The notes beneath the pieces were generated by a model that saw nothing but the letters and a program-made list of their open reading frames with translations, did not search any database and was not told the origin of the DNA. A program made the position numbers and the translations under genes. Below, piece after piece: positions 49,105 through 58,315 of a DNA stretch of 64,000 nucleotides (position 1 is its first letter; the number at the start of each line of letters is the position of its first letter). Source of the stretch: a bacterium (GTDB lineage: Bacteria > UBA8248); assembly GCA_965219955.1 (NCBI GenBank), contig OZ244799.1, positions 1,792,001-1,856,000 of the forward strand, in the 5' to 3' direction.

Positions 49105-51156
49105 ATGTATCGGTTGTTTACGTTAGGCGTCGACATCGGTGGAACGTTCACCGACCTCGTGGCGGTCGATCCCGAGCGCGGCGAGGTGCGGACGGGAAAG
49201 ATACCCTCGGTTTCGGATGAGCCCGCAAGGGCCATCCTGGCGTGCCTCCGGGATCTCGGGCTCGAAGGCGAGGAACTGGAGCGGATGATCCATGGAACCA
49301 CCGTCGCCACCAATGCGCTCCTGGAGCGGCGCGGCGCCGTGACGGCGCTGGTGACCACGCGCGGGTTCCGGGACGTGGTCGAAATCGGGAGGTGCCGGCG
49401 GCTGGTCGAGGGCGGCATGTTCAACATCGGGTTCCGCCGTCCGCCGCCCCTGGTTCCCCGAAACTTGCGCGAGGAGGTAGACGAGCGCCTCCGGGCGAAC
49501 GGAAGCGTCGAAGCCTCGCCCCGGCCGGAAGAGTTCCGGAATGTAGTGGAGAATTTGAGACGGGAGGGGGTCGAGGCGGTGGCGGTATGCTTCCTCCACT
49601 CCTACGAGAATCCGGAGCACGAGGAAGCCGTCGGGCGGTGGTTGCGGGACCAGTTGGGGCCTGAGGTCTACATCTCGCTCTCAAGCTCCGTGAACCCCCA
49701 GTACCGCGAATTCGAGCGGTTCTCCACGACTGTGGTGAACGCCTATGTCGGTCCGGCTGTGGGGCGGTATCTCTCGAAACTGAGAGACGAAGATATCGGG
49801 AAGCTGGACAACCGGAGCATTTACATCATGGGTTCGGCCGGCGGCGTGATGGATATCGACACGGCGGAGGACTTTCCGGTGCGGACCATCTTTTCGGGGC
49901 CCGCCGGCGGGGTCACCGCGGGGCGTTTTATCTCCGAGGAACTCGAACTGCCGAATCTCATCACCTGCGACATGGGCGGAACGAGCGCGGACGTCGCCCT
50001 GCTCCTCCGGGACCGGATTCTGTACGCCAGGGATGCCGTCATCTCGGGGGTACCCGTCCGCGCCGCCCAGCTCGAGATCAAAACCGTCGGCGCGGGAGCC
50101 GGGAGCGTCGTGTGGGTCGATGTCGACGGGGCGCTATGCGTGGGACCCAGGAGCGCGGGCTCCTCGCCGGGTCCCGCCTGTTACGGATTCGGGGGAGCGG
50201 AGCCCACCGTCACCGACGCGAACGTCATCCTGAACCGGATCGGGGACGGCGCCCTTCTCGGCGGGAAAATACGGGTGGACGCCTCGCTGGCGCGGGAGGC
50301 GATGGCCCCGGTGCGGGAGCGGCTCGATTTCGGTTCGCTCGAGGAACTGGCCGAAGGGGCGTTGAAAATTCTCGTGGCCCGGACGGTTCGGCTCATCCGC
50401 GAGATCTCGCTCGAACGGGGATTCGACCCGCGCGAATTCGCCTTCGCGGCCTTCGGCGGCGCAGGTCCCATGCACGCCGCGGCCATCGCGGATGAACTCG
50501 ATATGGAAACGGTCGTGGTTCCGTCTCACCCGGGGAATTTTTCCGCCCTGGGGCTCGTGATGGCGAAGATGCGCCGGGATGCGAGCGCCACCTACCTCGA
50601 ACGCTCCTCCACCCTCGACTTGACGGACCTGCGCGGTCGGCTCGCGGATATGGCCAAAGGGGTCGAGGGTCGCCTCCTTGCCGACGGCGTCCGGGAGGAG
50701 AGCATCTCCTTGTCGTGTTTTCTGGAGATGCGCTGTCTCGGGCAGGCTCACGAGATTCCCGTTCCCTTAGGGTCATCTCCGGAGCGGGTGGACCTGCCGT
50801 CCATAGAAGGCGCCTTCCGGAAGATTTATGCCGAGCGCTACGGACGCGACCCGGACCCCGCGACCGAATGGGAGGTGATCTCCATCCAGATCATCGGCGA
50901 GGGAGAAGTCCAGGCGTATCCGGCGAATACCTGGCGGGCAAAGCCCGGGGGCGGCGAAGGCCATAAGGAGATCAGGAAAGTCTGGTTCGAGGGGGAGTGG
51001 CGCGAAACTTGCGTATATGAGCGAAACGAGGTTAGGCCTGGAGCAAGCGTGGAAGGTCCCGCCATCATCGAGGAGAGCGGGGCCACGACGGTGATTCCAC
51101 CGGGGTGGCGCGCCGCGACTCACGCGAGCGGGCATCTGCTGCTGCGGCGACTGTAG
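49105..51156 (+). CDS. Hydantoinase A/oxoprolinase family subunit
   Basis: GVDIGGTFTD, HGTTVATNALL, SGPAGG, DMGGTS, PGPACYG. Confidence 0.92.
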   Translation: MYRLFTLGVDIGGTFTDLVAVDPERGEVRTGKIPSVSDEPARAILACLRDLGLEGEELERMIHGTTVATNALLERRGAVTALVTTRGFRDVVEIGRCRRLVEGGMFNIGFRRPPPLVPRNLREEVDERLRANGSVEASPRPEEFRNVVENLRREGVEAVAVCFLHSYENPEHEEAVGRWLRDQLGPEVYISLSSSVNPQYREFERFSTTVVNAYVGPAVGRYLSKLRDEDIGKLDNRSIYIMGSAGGVMDIDTAEDFPVRTIFSGPAGGVTAGRFISEELELPNLITCDMGGTSADVALLLRDRILYARDAVISGVPVRAAQLEIKTVGAGAGSVVWVDVDGALCVGPRSAGSSPGPACYGFGGAEPTVTDANVILNRIGDGALLGGKIRVDASLAREAMAPVRERLDFGSLEELAEGALKILVARTVRLIREISLERGFDPREFAFAAFGGAGPMHAAAIADELDMETVVVPSHPGNFSALGLVMAKMRRDASATYLERSSTLDLTDLRGRLADMAKGVEGRLLADGVREESISLSCFLEMRCLGQAHEIPVPLGSSPERVDLPSIEGAFRKIYAERYGRDPDPATEWEVISIQIIGEGEVQAYPANTWRAKPGGGEGHKEIRKVWFEGEWRETCVYERNEVRPGASVEGPAIIEESGATTVIPPGWRAATHASGHLLLRRL

Positions 51157-51189
51157 GATGAACGAAAGCGGGATTCGCTCCTCCCTTGA

Positions 51190-51493
51190 GGGGGTTGTTG
51201 AAAAAGCCATGATTTCGTGATTCCACGTATAGAGCTGACCATAAAGGGATGAAACTTTATTTCTCCCTTGCAGAACGCCAATCAACTACTCCCCCCTTGA
51301 GGGGGAGTCGATGAAGCCGAGCGTTTTATGCGAAGGCTGAATCGGTGGGGGGTAAAATGCGTTTTATCGCCACTCCGAATTATACCCCCCACCGAATCGC
51401 TTTCGGGCTTACGCCCTCAGCTCTTCGACTCCCCCTCAAGGGGGGAGTGAAATCTAGCGCGCTCCTTCTGTGGGCTTTTTTAACAGCCCCTCA
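51190..51493. mobile_element. TIR pair enclosing a 162-bp element
   Basis: ggggttgttgaaaaagcc..ggcttttttaacagcccc; inner element at 51288-51449. Confidence 0.8.
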
Positions 51494-51574
51494 TGGAAGG
51501 ATTCCGAACATTTTCGAGGCCTGCCGGAAACTCTATTTGGAATTACGGCCTGCCATGAATGAAGAGGTGGAGAG

Positions 51575-52864
51575 ATGACTTCAAGAAAGGGATCTGATTT
51601 CCTCGAAAGGGCCCGCGCTTCCCTCCCGGGCGGCTGGCTCGGGGACCTGACGCTTCCCGATGAGATGATGCTGATCGCCTCTCGCGGCGAAGGAAGCCGC
51701 CTGTATGACGTGGATGGGCGCGGTTACCTCGATTTCACGATGGGCGGGGGGTCCCTGATTCTGGGACACGCGCATCCGGCCATCCTCGAGGCGGTGCGAA
51801 AGCAGATGGAACTCGGTTCGACTTACTATACGCTGAGTGACCGCTCCATCGAGTTGGCCGAGGAGCTTGTGAAGGCGATTCCCTGCGCGGAACTGGTGCG
51901 TTTCGCCTCAACGGGCGGGGAGGCCACGTTCTACGCGCTGCGGCTGGCGCGCGCCTTCACCGGCAAGGAGAAAATCCTGAAATTCGAAGGGAGCTACATC
52001 GGCCACAGCGACTACGGAATGATGAGCGTCTCCCCGCCGCGCCCGAACCTGTATCCGTCTCATCACCCCGATTCTGCCGGGATTCCCGCAGCGGTTCAGG
52101 AGCTGGTGATCACGGCGCCCTTCAACAACGCCGATATCGCCTGCGGGCTGGTGGAAGAGCACGCCGGGGAGCTTGCCGCCGTCATCGTCGAGCCCGTTCA
52201 GCGCTCCATTCCCCCGGCACCGGGTTTTCTGGAGCAGCTTCGACAGGTGACGACCGAGCGCGGGGTGCTGCTCGTATATGATGAGGTGGTGACCGGGTTC
52301 CGGCTGGCCTACGGAGGGGCGCAGGAGTATTTCGGCGTCGTTCCCGATCTGGCGGCTTACGGCAAAGCCGTCGCGTGCGGATTCCCCTTGTCGGCGGTCG
52401 CGGGACGAGCGGACGTGATGGAGCTGGCGGACCCCGCCCGAAAGGGGGAGCCTGGGTACGTCTACATCAGCGGCACGCTCTCGGGTAACCCGGTGTGCGC
52501 CGCGGCGGCGCTCGCCACCCTGGCAGAATTGTCCAGGCCCGGCGTCTACGACGGCTTACGCGAGATGGGGGAGCGATACCGAAGAGAACTTGCGGCGTTG
52601 TTCGACGAATACGGGGTTCCGGCCCGGGTGCAAGGGCTCGGGCCCTTCTTCCAGGTATTCTTCACGCCGAATCCCGTCACGGACTACCGGAGCCAGACGC
52701 AGGCCGACAGGAATCGTTTCGAATCGTTCGTCCGAAAAATGTTCGCGCAGGGGATTTTCATGAGCCGCAGGGCGAAGAACTATCTTTCCACGGCCCACGG
52801 CGAACCGGACCTGGGCGAGTTCCTGGAAGCGGCGCGAGCCGTATGCGCCGGAGGCCTCGACTGA
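51575..52864 (+). CDS. Class III aminotransferase (glutamate-1-semialdehyde aminomutase-like)
   Basis: YDVDGRGYLD, STGGEAT, YDEVVTGFR, PDLAAYGKA, SGTLSGNP. Confidence 0.9.
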   Translation: MTSRKGSDFLERARASLPGGWLGDLTLPDEMMLIASRGEGSRLYDVDGRGYLDFTMGGGSLILGHAHPAILEAVRKQMELGSTYYTLSDRSIELAEELVKAIPCAELVRFASTGGEATFYALRLARAFTGKEKILKFEGSYIGHSDYGMMSVSPPRPNLYPSHHPDSAGIPAAVQELVITAPFNNADIACGLVEEHAGELAAVIVEPVQRSIPPAPGFLEQLRQVTTERGVLLVYDEVVTGFRLAYGGAQEYFGVVPDLAAYGKAVACGFPLSAVAGRADVMELADPARKGEPGYVYISGTLSGNPVCAAAALATLAELSRPGVYDGLREMGERYRRELAALFDEYGVPARVQGLGPFFQVFFTPNPVTDYRSQTQADRNRFESFVRKMFAQGIFMSRRAKNYLSTAHGEPDLGEFLEAARAVCAGGLD

Positions 52865-52866
52865 TC

Positions 52867-54927
52867 ATGAGCGAGAGCCGGACGATTCCAGAGAGCGCCT
52901 CGGCCGACGCCGTCACGGTCTCGGTCATTCAGGAACTCCTCATCTCCGTGGTCCGCGAGATGCGGGTCACTTTTTCGAGAAGCGCCTTCTCGTCGATCAT
53001 CAACGAAGGACACGATTTTTCCTGCGCCCTTCTCTCGCCGGAAGGAGATCTGGTCGCCCAGTCGGAAGATCATCCCGGCCACATCTTCCCGATCTCCTAC
53101 GCCGCCAGAGCGGTTTTCGAGCGCTACGCGGGCGACGTTCATCCGGGCGACGTTTTTCTCCTGAACGACCCCTATATCTGCGGAACCCACATGAACGACA
53201 TGGCGATGTTCTGCCCCCGGTTTTTTGAGGGCCGCGCGCTCGCCTTTCCGGCGCTCCGCGCGCATTGGGGGGACGTCGGCGGCTCGGTGGCCGGCAGTCT
53301 CTCCGGCGACGCCTCCCACATCTTCATGGAGGGGATGATCGTCCCGCCCATCCGGCTCTACTCCCGGGGCGAGTTGAACCAGGAATGCCTGGAGGTCGTT
53401 CTCCGGAACATGCGGGGCCGCGAAGACAGGCACGGCGACCTGATGGCCATGCTCGGCACCTGCCGGCTGGCCCAGCGGCGCCTGGACGAAATCGAGGAGC
53501 GGTACGGACGCGAAACGCTCCAGGCGGTGAACGACAACCTCATAGCCAGGGCGGAGAAACGGATGCGGGCGGCCATCAGCGCGCTGCCGGACGGAACGTT
53601 CCACTACGAGAACTATATCGACAACAGCGGGACGGGCGCCGAGCCGCTCAGAATTTCACTTCGCCTCCAGATTCAGGAAGACCGAATCCACTGTGATTTC
53701 AGCGGGACTTCCGGGCAGGTGAAAGGGCCTACGAATGCGGGCCCCGCCACGGTGGCCACGTCTTGCTTCATGGTGCTCAAATCGCTCCTGGATCCCGCCC
53801 TGAGCGTGAATGCGGGCTGTTTCCGCCCGCTTACGATGGATGCCCCGGAAGGGTCCATTCTCAATGCGGAATTTCCCGCTCCGTTCGGCGGCGCTTCCGA
53901 CGTGCGGCGCACGATTGAATCGTGCGTCCTGGGCGCGGCGGTCCAGGCGATGCCCGACCTTGCGGCGGGCGACACGAAGGGGGCGGCCAACCATTGCTAC
54001 ATCGCTGGCAGCCAACCCGGCTCCGGCGAAGCCTTCCTCTACTATGAATATCCGGCGGGGGGCACGGGCGCTCTCGCGGGAAGCGACGGGGACCACGCCA
54101 TCCGGACCTACACCGAAGGGGATTTTAACGCCGTCCAGCCGGTGGAGAGCCTGGAGGCCACGCTTCCGGTCCTCGTGGAGGAGAGCGGCCTTCGGGTCGG
54201 CTCCTGCGGCCACGGGGAGCGGCGCGGCGGTCTGGGAATGGAGCGGAGGGTCCGCCTGGAGACAGGCGGCGCGGGTCTCACCGTTTTGACGGACCGCGTG
54301 ATCATTCCTCCCTACGGGGTGGACGGCGGGACCTCGGGTGGAGGAAACCGGTTCACGGTGCAGCGGGATGGTTCGGAGGTCGAGCCTTCCGGCGTCCCAG
54401 GAAAAGCCACGGCGTTCCCGCTTCTCGAAGGCGACGCCGTCGTGCTGCGCTCCGCGGGTGGAGGAGGCTGGGGAGACCCCCTGCTCCGCACGCCCGAGGC
54501 GGTGCTGGCGGACCTCCGGCTGGGATACATCACGGTGGAGGATGCGCGGGATATCTATGGCGTGGTCTTGAAGGACGGAGCGCTCGATGCGGCCGCGACC
54601 TCCGCTGCGCGGGAGCAGCTTAGAAATGGAAGGACATATCTCACCATACTCATTGACGAGGAGGACGCCTGCAGCGGCAGCCGGCGGCTTTGCCCGATGT
54701 CTCCCGAGACGGCTGGCGAAGGCGGATTCTCGGAGGGAATGCTCGTGGAGTACGTTCCGGCGCGGGGCGCGCCGCTCAGAGCCTGGGTGAAGATAACGCC
54801 GGGGCCGGCCAAGGGGGAAACTCCCCTCGGACCCGTCGCGGCGAGCATCCTGAAACTGCGGGATAAAGAGCGAATATGGGTCCGGCGGATCCTGACGCCC
54901 TATTCGCACCCCCCGTTGGCCTCGTGA
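52867..54927 (+). CDS. Hydantoinase B/oxoprolinase family subunit with a C-terminal extension
   Basis: SAFSSIINE, NDPYICGTHMND, RAHWGDVGG, AGGGGWGDP. Confidence 0.92.
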   Translation: MSESRTIPESASADAVTVSVIQELLISVVREMRVTFSRSAFSSIINEGHDFSCALLSPEGDLVAQSEDHPGHIFPISYAARAVFERYAGDVHPGDVFLLNDPYICGTHMNDMAMFCPRFFEGRALAFPALRAHWGDVGGSVAGSLSGDASHIFMEGMIVPPIRLYSRGELNQECLEVVLRNMRGREDRHGDLMAMLGTCRLAQRRLDEIEERYGRETLQAVNDNLIARAEKRMRAAISALPDGTFHYENYIDNSGTGAEPLRISLRLQIQEDRIHCDFSGTSGQVKGPTNAGPATVATSCFMVLKSLLDPALSVNAGCFRPLTMDAPEGSILNAEFPAPFGGASDVRRTIESCVLGAAVQAMPDLAAGDTKGAANHCYIAGSQPGSGEAFLYYEYPAGGTGALAGSDGDHAIRTYTEGDFNAVQPVESLEATLPVLVEESGLRVGSCGHGERRGGLGMERRVRLETGGAGLTVLTDRVIIPPYGVDGGTSGGGNRFTVQRDGSEVEPSGVPGKATAFPLLEGDAVVLRSAGGGGWGDPLLRTPEAVLADLRLGYITVEDARDIYGVVLKDGALDAAATSAAREQLRNGRTYLTILIDEEDACSGSRRLCPMSPETAGEGGFSEGMLVEYVPARGAPLRAWVKITPGPAKGETPLGPVAASILKLRDKERIWVRRILTPYSHPPLAS

Positions 54928-54960
54928 GCGGGCTGACAACCTTACCTCGTCGCCGGGTCA

Positions 54961-55320
54961 GAGCGAGGAGGGGCTGTTGAAAAAGTCCTGTCCAACCTTC
55001 GAGATTGTTCGCCGTAGGGACAGGCCTCCGTGCCTGTCCTGACGAAGGACAACCACGAAGAGCCGGACAGGCACGGAGGCCTGTCCCTACAAAACCATCA
55101 CGTCTGCGCCGCATGAACCTCCTTGCCACCGATCCCGAAACCGGCTTTCTCAACAATCCCTTCTCGCTCGAAATTGACCACCGCCGGAATGACGCTCAAA
55201 GCTGTATTCGCCCGTAGGGGCGGTTCGCGAACCGCCCCTACAATCCCATCATGTCAAACTCTCACTCACCAGTCGGCTCCATGTACCGAATCAGGAAATC
55301 GGGACTTTCTCAACACCCCC
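54961..55320. repeat. Repeat mosaic (reversed relative of the 15500 element plus a REP)
   Basis: TIR pair at 54970-55160 with doublet 55014-55090; REP at 55214-55241; extra TIR end near 55318. Confidence 0.8.
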
Positions 55321-55420
55321 CCGGATCAGGGTTCCATGACACCCTGAACACAATGAATTACAATTCCTCCACACATCGAACCCAGCCCCAAGAGACTCGA
55401 TTTTTCGGGAGGAACCCAGA

Positions 55421-56809
55421 ATGCCTCAGAAAGCCGATTATCTTCTAAGCGGGGGAACCGTCATCACGGTGGATGAAGAGCGCCGCGTTATCCGGGACGG
55501 CGCCGTAGCCATTCGAGGAGACCGGATCGCCGCCGTCGGGAAGGCGGAGGAGTTGAGCCGGGAATTCACCGCCGGGCGCACGATTGACGCCAAGGGGAAG
55601 CTCATCATGCCCGGTTTCGTGAATTCCCACATGCATTTCTACCACACCATGCACCGGGGGCTGGCGCCGGAAAATCTCGGAGGTATGCTGTGGTCCGACT
55701 ACGTTCACAGATACATCGCCACGGTCCTCACGCCCGAGGATGAGATATACGGCGCGCTGACGATTCTCCTGGAAACCTTGAAGGCGGGCACCACCACCTT
55801 TCTCGAGGCGGGCTCCTACAACCCGGCGGCGGTGATCGAGGGAATCTCGCGCATCGGGATGCGCGGCCTGATGGGCAGGCGGTCCTTCGACGAGGAGCTT
55901 CTGGGCCACGGCATGCTCCTGGAGGATACCGAGACGTGCCTGAAGGAAAATCTCGCCTTCCTGGAGAAGTACAAGGACGGCTACAACGGCGGGTTGATCA
56001 AGGCGTGCGTGGACGTCGTCGGGCTCGGCCGCTGCTCGGACAAGCTGTATATCGATTCGAAAAAGATGGCGGATGATTACGGGACCACCCTGAACCTGCA
56101 CCTTGCGGCCATGTTCGAGGAAGTGACGGCCACGCGCATGCGCTATGGCCACCGTCCCGTCGAGCATATGTATCATCTGGACGTGCTCGGGCCGAATACG
56201 GTTCTCGTTCACATGGTTCACGTGAGCGAGCGGGAAATCGACATGCTGGCCGAAAAAGAGGCGCGGGTGATTCACTGTCCCTCGACGGCGCTCAAGATTT
56301 CCTACGGCAACGCGGCGTTCGGAAGATTCCCGGAGATGTTGGACAAGGGCGTCACCGTCGGAATCGGAAGCGACGCTTCGGACTGCTCGAACTATGCCGA
56401 CATGATTCGCGTCATGTACCTGGCCGGCGTGCTGCCCAAGGATTACCGCTACGACCCCGACGCCGGTTCCGCGGAGACGGCCATCGAGATGGCCACCATC
56501 AACGGAGCGCGCGCCATCGGGATGGACCATGAAATCGGTTCGCTCGAGACCGGCAAAAAGGCGGACGTGATCATCATCACCATGAAGCGGCCCGAGTGGT
56601 ACCCGCTCTACAGCGAGGTGCAGAACCTCGTGTATTCCGCCTCGGGCGATTCGGTGGAGACGGTGTTCATCGACGGGAAGGTCATCATGGAAGACCGCCG
56701 GGTGTTGACGGTGAATGAGGAGGAAATCCTGGAGAAGTGCCAGGAATGCGCGGCGGGAATCCTCAAGAGGAGCGGCGTGGAAGTACCGGGCAAATGGCCT
56801 ATCCTGTAA
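55421..56809 (+). CDS. Amidohydrolase (MTA/SAH deaminase/AtzB-like)
   Basis: PGFVNSHMH, VHMVH, HCPS, GIGSD, ATINGARA, GSLETGKKAD. Confidence 0.9.
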   Translation: MPQKADYLLSGGTVITVDEERRVIRDGAVAIRGDRIAAVGKAEELSREFTAGRTIDAKGKLIMPGFVNSHMHFYHTMHRGLAPENLGGMLWSDYVHRYIATVLTPEDEIYGALTILLETLKAGTTTFLEAGSYNPAAVIEGISRIGMRGLMGRRSFDEELLGHGMLLEDTETCLKENLAFLEKYKDGYNGGLIKACVDVVGLGRCSDKLYIDSKKMADDYGTTLNLHLAAMFEEVTATRMRYGHRPVEHMYHLDVLGPNTVLVHMVHVSEREIDMLAEKEARVIHCPSTALKISYGNAAFGRFPEMLDKGVTVGIGSDASDCSNYADMIRVMYLAGVLPKDYRYDPDAGSAETAIEMATINGARAIGMDHEIGSLETGKKADVIIITMKRPEWYPLYSEVQNLVYSASGDSVETVFIDGKVIMEDRRVLTVNEEEILEKCQECAAGILKRSGVEVPGKWPIL

Positions 56810-56810
56810 A

Positions 56811-56830
56811 AAAACCCGCTCGGTCCGGGG
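56811..56830. repeat. Left copy of a 20-bp inverted repeat
   Basis: aaaacccgctcggtccgggg; 19/20 match to the reverse complement of 63954-63973. Confidence 0.5.
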
Positions 56831-56984
56831 AGAAGCGTCAGGAGCGGATCACGAAACCGGAGGGCGAATGAACAAGATTTACGGCGTGAGATGAAGCGCA
56901 TTTCCACACGAATCGAATTTCCGAAAAATTCGATTAATAATTGTCATGAACCCGGTGTCGGCGCGATAGTATGATTGACTCCGT

Positions 56985-57012
56985 TTGTCTACGATAACTG
57001 GTTGTTTATAAT
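56985..57012 (+). promoter_or_regulatory. Putative integrase promoter
   Basis: TTGTCT-16 nt-TATAAT in an AT-rich spacer. Confidence 0.45.
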
Positions 57013-57130
57013 ACCATATTTCTTTTATTTCCTACCCGATGCCCCTTGCGCTTCCGCCGCACATATGCTTGGATAGCTCCCAGTTTGATGCCGCGCGTAT
57101 GCGTTTTGATTACAGACTCAGGGAGGCGGG

Positions 57131-58315
57131 ATGCCGAAGCGAAGCGATCTGAAACTCACGAAGCGCACCGTCGACGCTCTGGAGGTGGATTCCAAAGACG
57201 CCGTCTTCTGGGACCGGGAGCTGGCAGGCTTCGGGGTGCGCGTCCACGCCACCGGCCGGAAGACCTACGTGGTGCAGTCCCGGGGACCCGGAGGGCCGAA
57301 GCGCGTGACGCTCGGCCGTCACGGGGAGCTGTCTGCTGATGAGGCCAGGAAACAGGCCGCCCTCATTATCGACCGCATCAAGCGGGGCGAGGAGCCGGTG
57401 GCCGAACCGCCCGAGGCGGAGACCACCGTGGCCGGCCTTGCAGAGCGCTTCATGCGCACCCACGTGGAGAAACACCTGAAACCCGCCAGCATTGCCGCGT
57501 ACCGCACCGTGCTCGAGGGGCACATCCTGCCGGCCCTGGGCGGGATGGGGCTGGACGAGGTCGGCGGGGCGGAAGTCACGGCGCTCCATCACGGCCTTCG
57601 CGATACGCCGGTCCTGGCGAACCGGGCGGTCCACCTGCTCTCGCGCATGTTCGTACTTGCCGAGGCGTGGGAGCTGGTCCCGCCCGGGCGGAACCCCTGC
57701 CTCGCCGTGCGCCGCTACAGGACGCAGGCGCGCGAGCGGTTCCTGACGCCCGAGGAATACCGGCGCCTGGGCCGTGCGCTCGGGCAAGCCGAGGCGGAGG
57801 GTGGTGTATGGCCGCCCGCCGTCGCGGCCATCCGGCTGCTCGCACTTACCGGATGCCGCAGGGGCGAGATACTGAATCTCGGGTGGGACGACGTGGACCG
57901 CACGTCGGGGGACCTCAGACTTCGGGACGCCAAGGCGGGCCCCTGGATGGTCCCCCTGACGAAGCCCGTGCTCAGGGTGCTCGACGCCATCCCCCGCTCC
58001 GGGGAGAACCCATGGGTGATCGCGGGACAAAGACCCGGAAAACCCCTGACGGGCCTGCACCACTACTGGCGGCCCGTCCGGGAGCGGGCGGGGCTTCATG
58101 ACGTACGCATCCACGACCTCAGACACTCCTACGCATCGAGGGCGCTGGCTCTGGGCGAGAGCCTCTACACGATCGGGAAACTCCTCGGGCACACGAGCGT
58201 GGCGACGAGCGCGCGCTACGCGCACCTGATGCGAGACGCCGAGAGGGAGGCGGCGGTACGGGTGGGCGGGAGCATCGGCGCCCACGTCGCGAACGGGAGG
58301 GTTGAGCACGGATGA
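57131..58315 (+). CDS. Tyrosine integrase 1 (arm-binding domain plus catalytic domain)
   Basis: WDRELAGFGVRV; catalytic TGCRRGE, DAKAG, HDLRH, LGH and ARYAH intact. Confidence 0.93.
   Translation: MPKRSDLKLTKRTVDALEVDSKDAVFWDRELAGFGVRVHATGRKTYVVQSRGPGGPKRVTLGRHGELSADEARKQAALIIDRIKRGEEPVAEPPEAETTVAGLAERFMRTHVEKHLKPASIAAYRTVLEGHILPALGGMGLDEVGGAEVTALHHGLRDTPVLANRAVHLLSRMFVLAEAWELVPPGRNPCLAVRRYRTQARERFLTPEEYRRLGRALGQAEAEGGVWPPAVAAIRLLALTGCRRGEILNLGWDDVDRTSGDLRLRDAKAGPWMVPLTKPVLRVLDAIPRSGENPWVIAGQRPGKPLTGLHHYWRPVRERAGLHDVRIHDLRHSYASRALALGESLYTIGKLLGHTSVATSARYAHLMRDAEREAAVRVGGSIGAHVANGRVEHG

Noticed and set aside
51575-52864. Calling this gene hemL
   Set aside because: Catabolic context and divergent motifs; only the family-level call is supported
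7187-55320. Possible CRISPR or integron attC arrays among the repeats
   Set aside because: No constant repeat with regular unique spacers, no cas or intI gene, and no convincing attC core pairs
56810-57130. tRNA or tmRNA att site before the integrases
   Set aside because: No cloverleaf or T-loop/CCA signature seen
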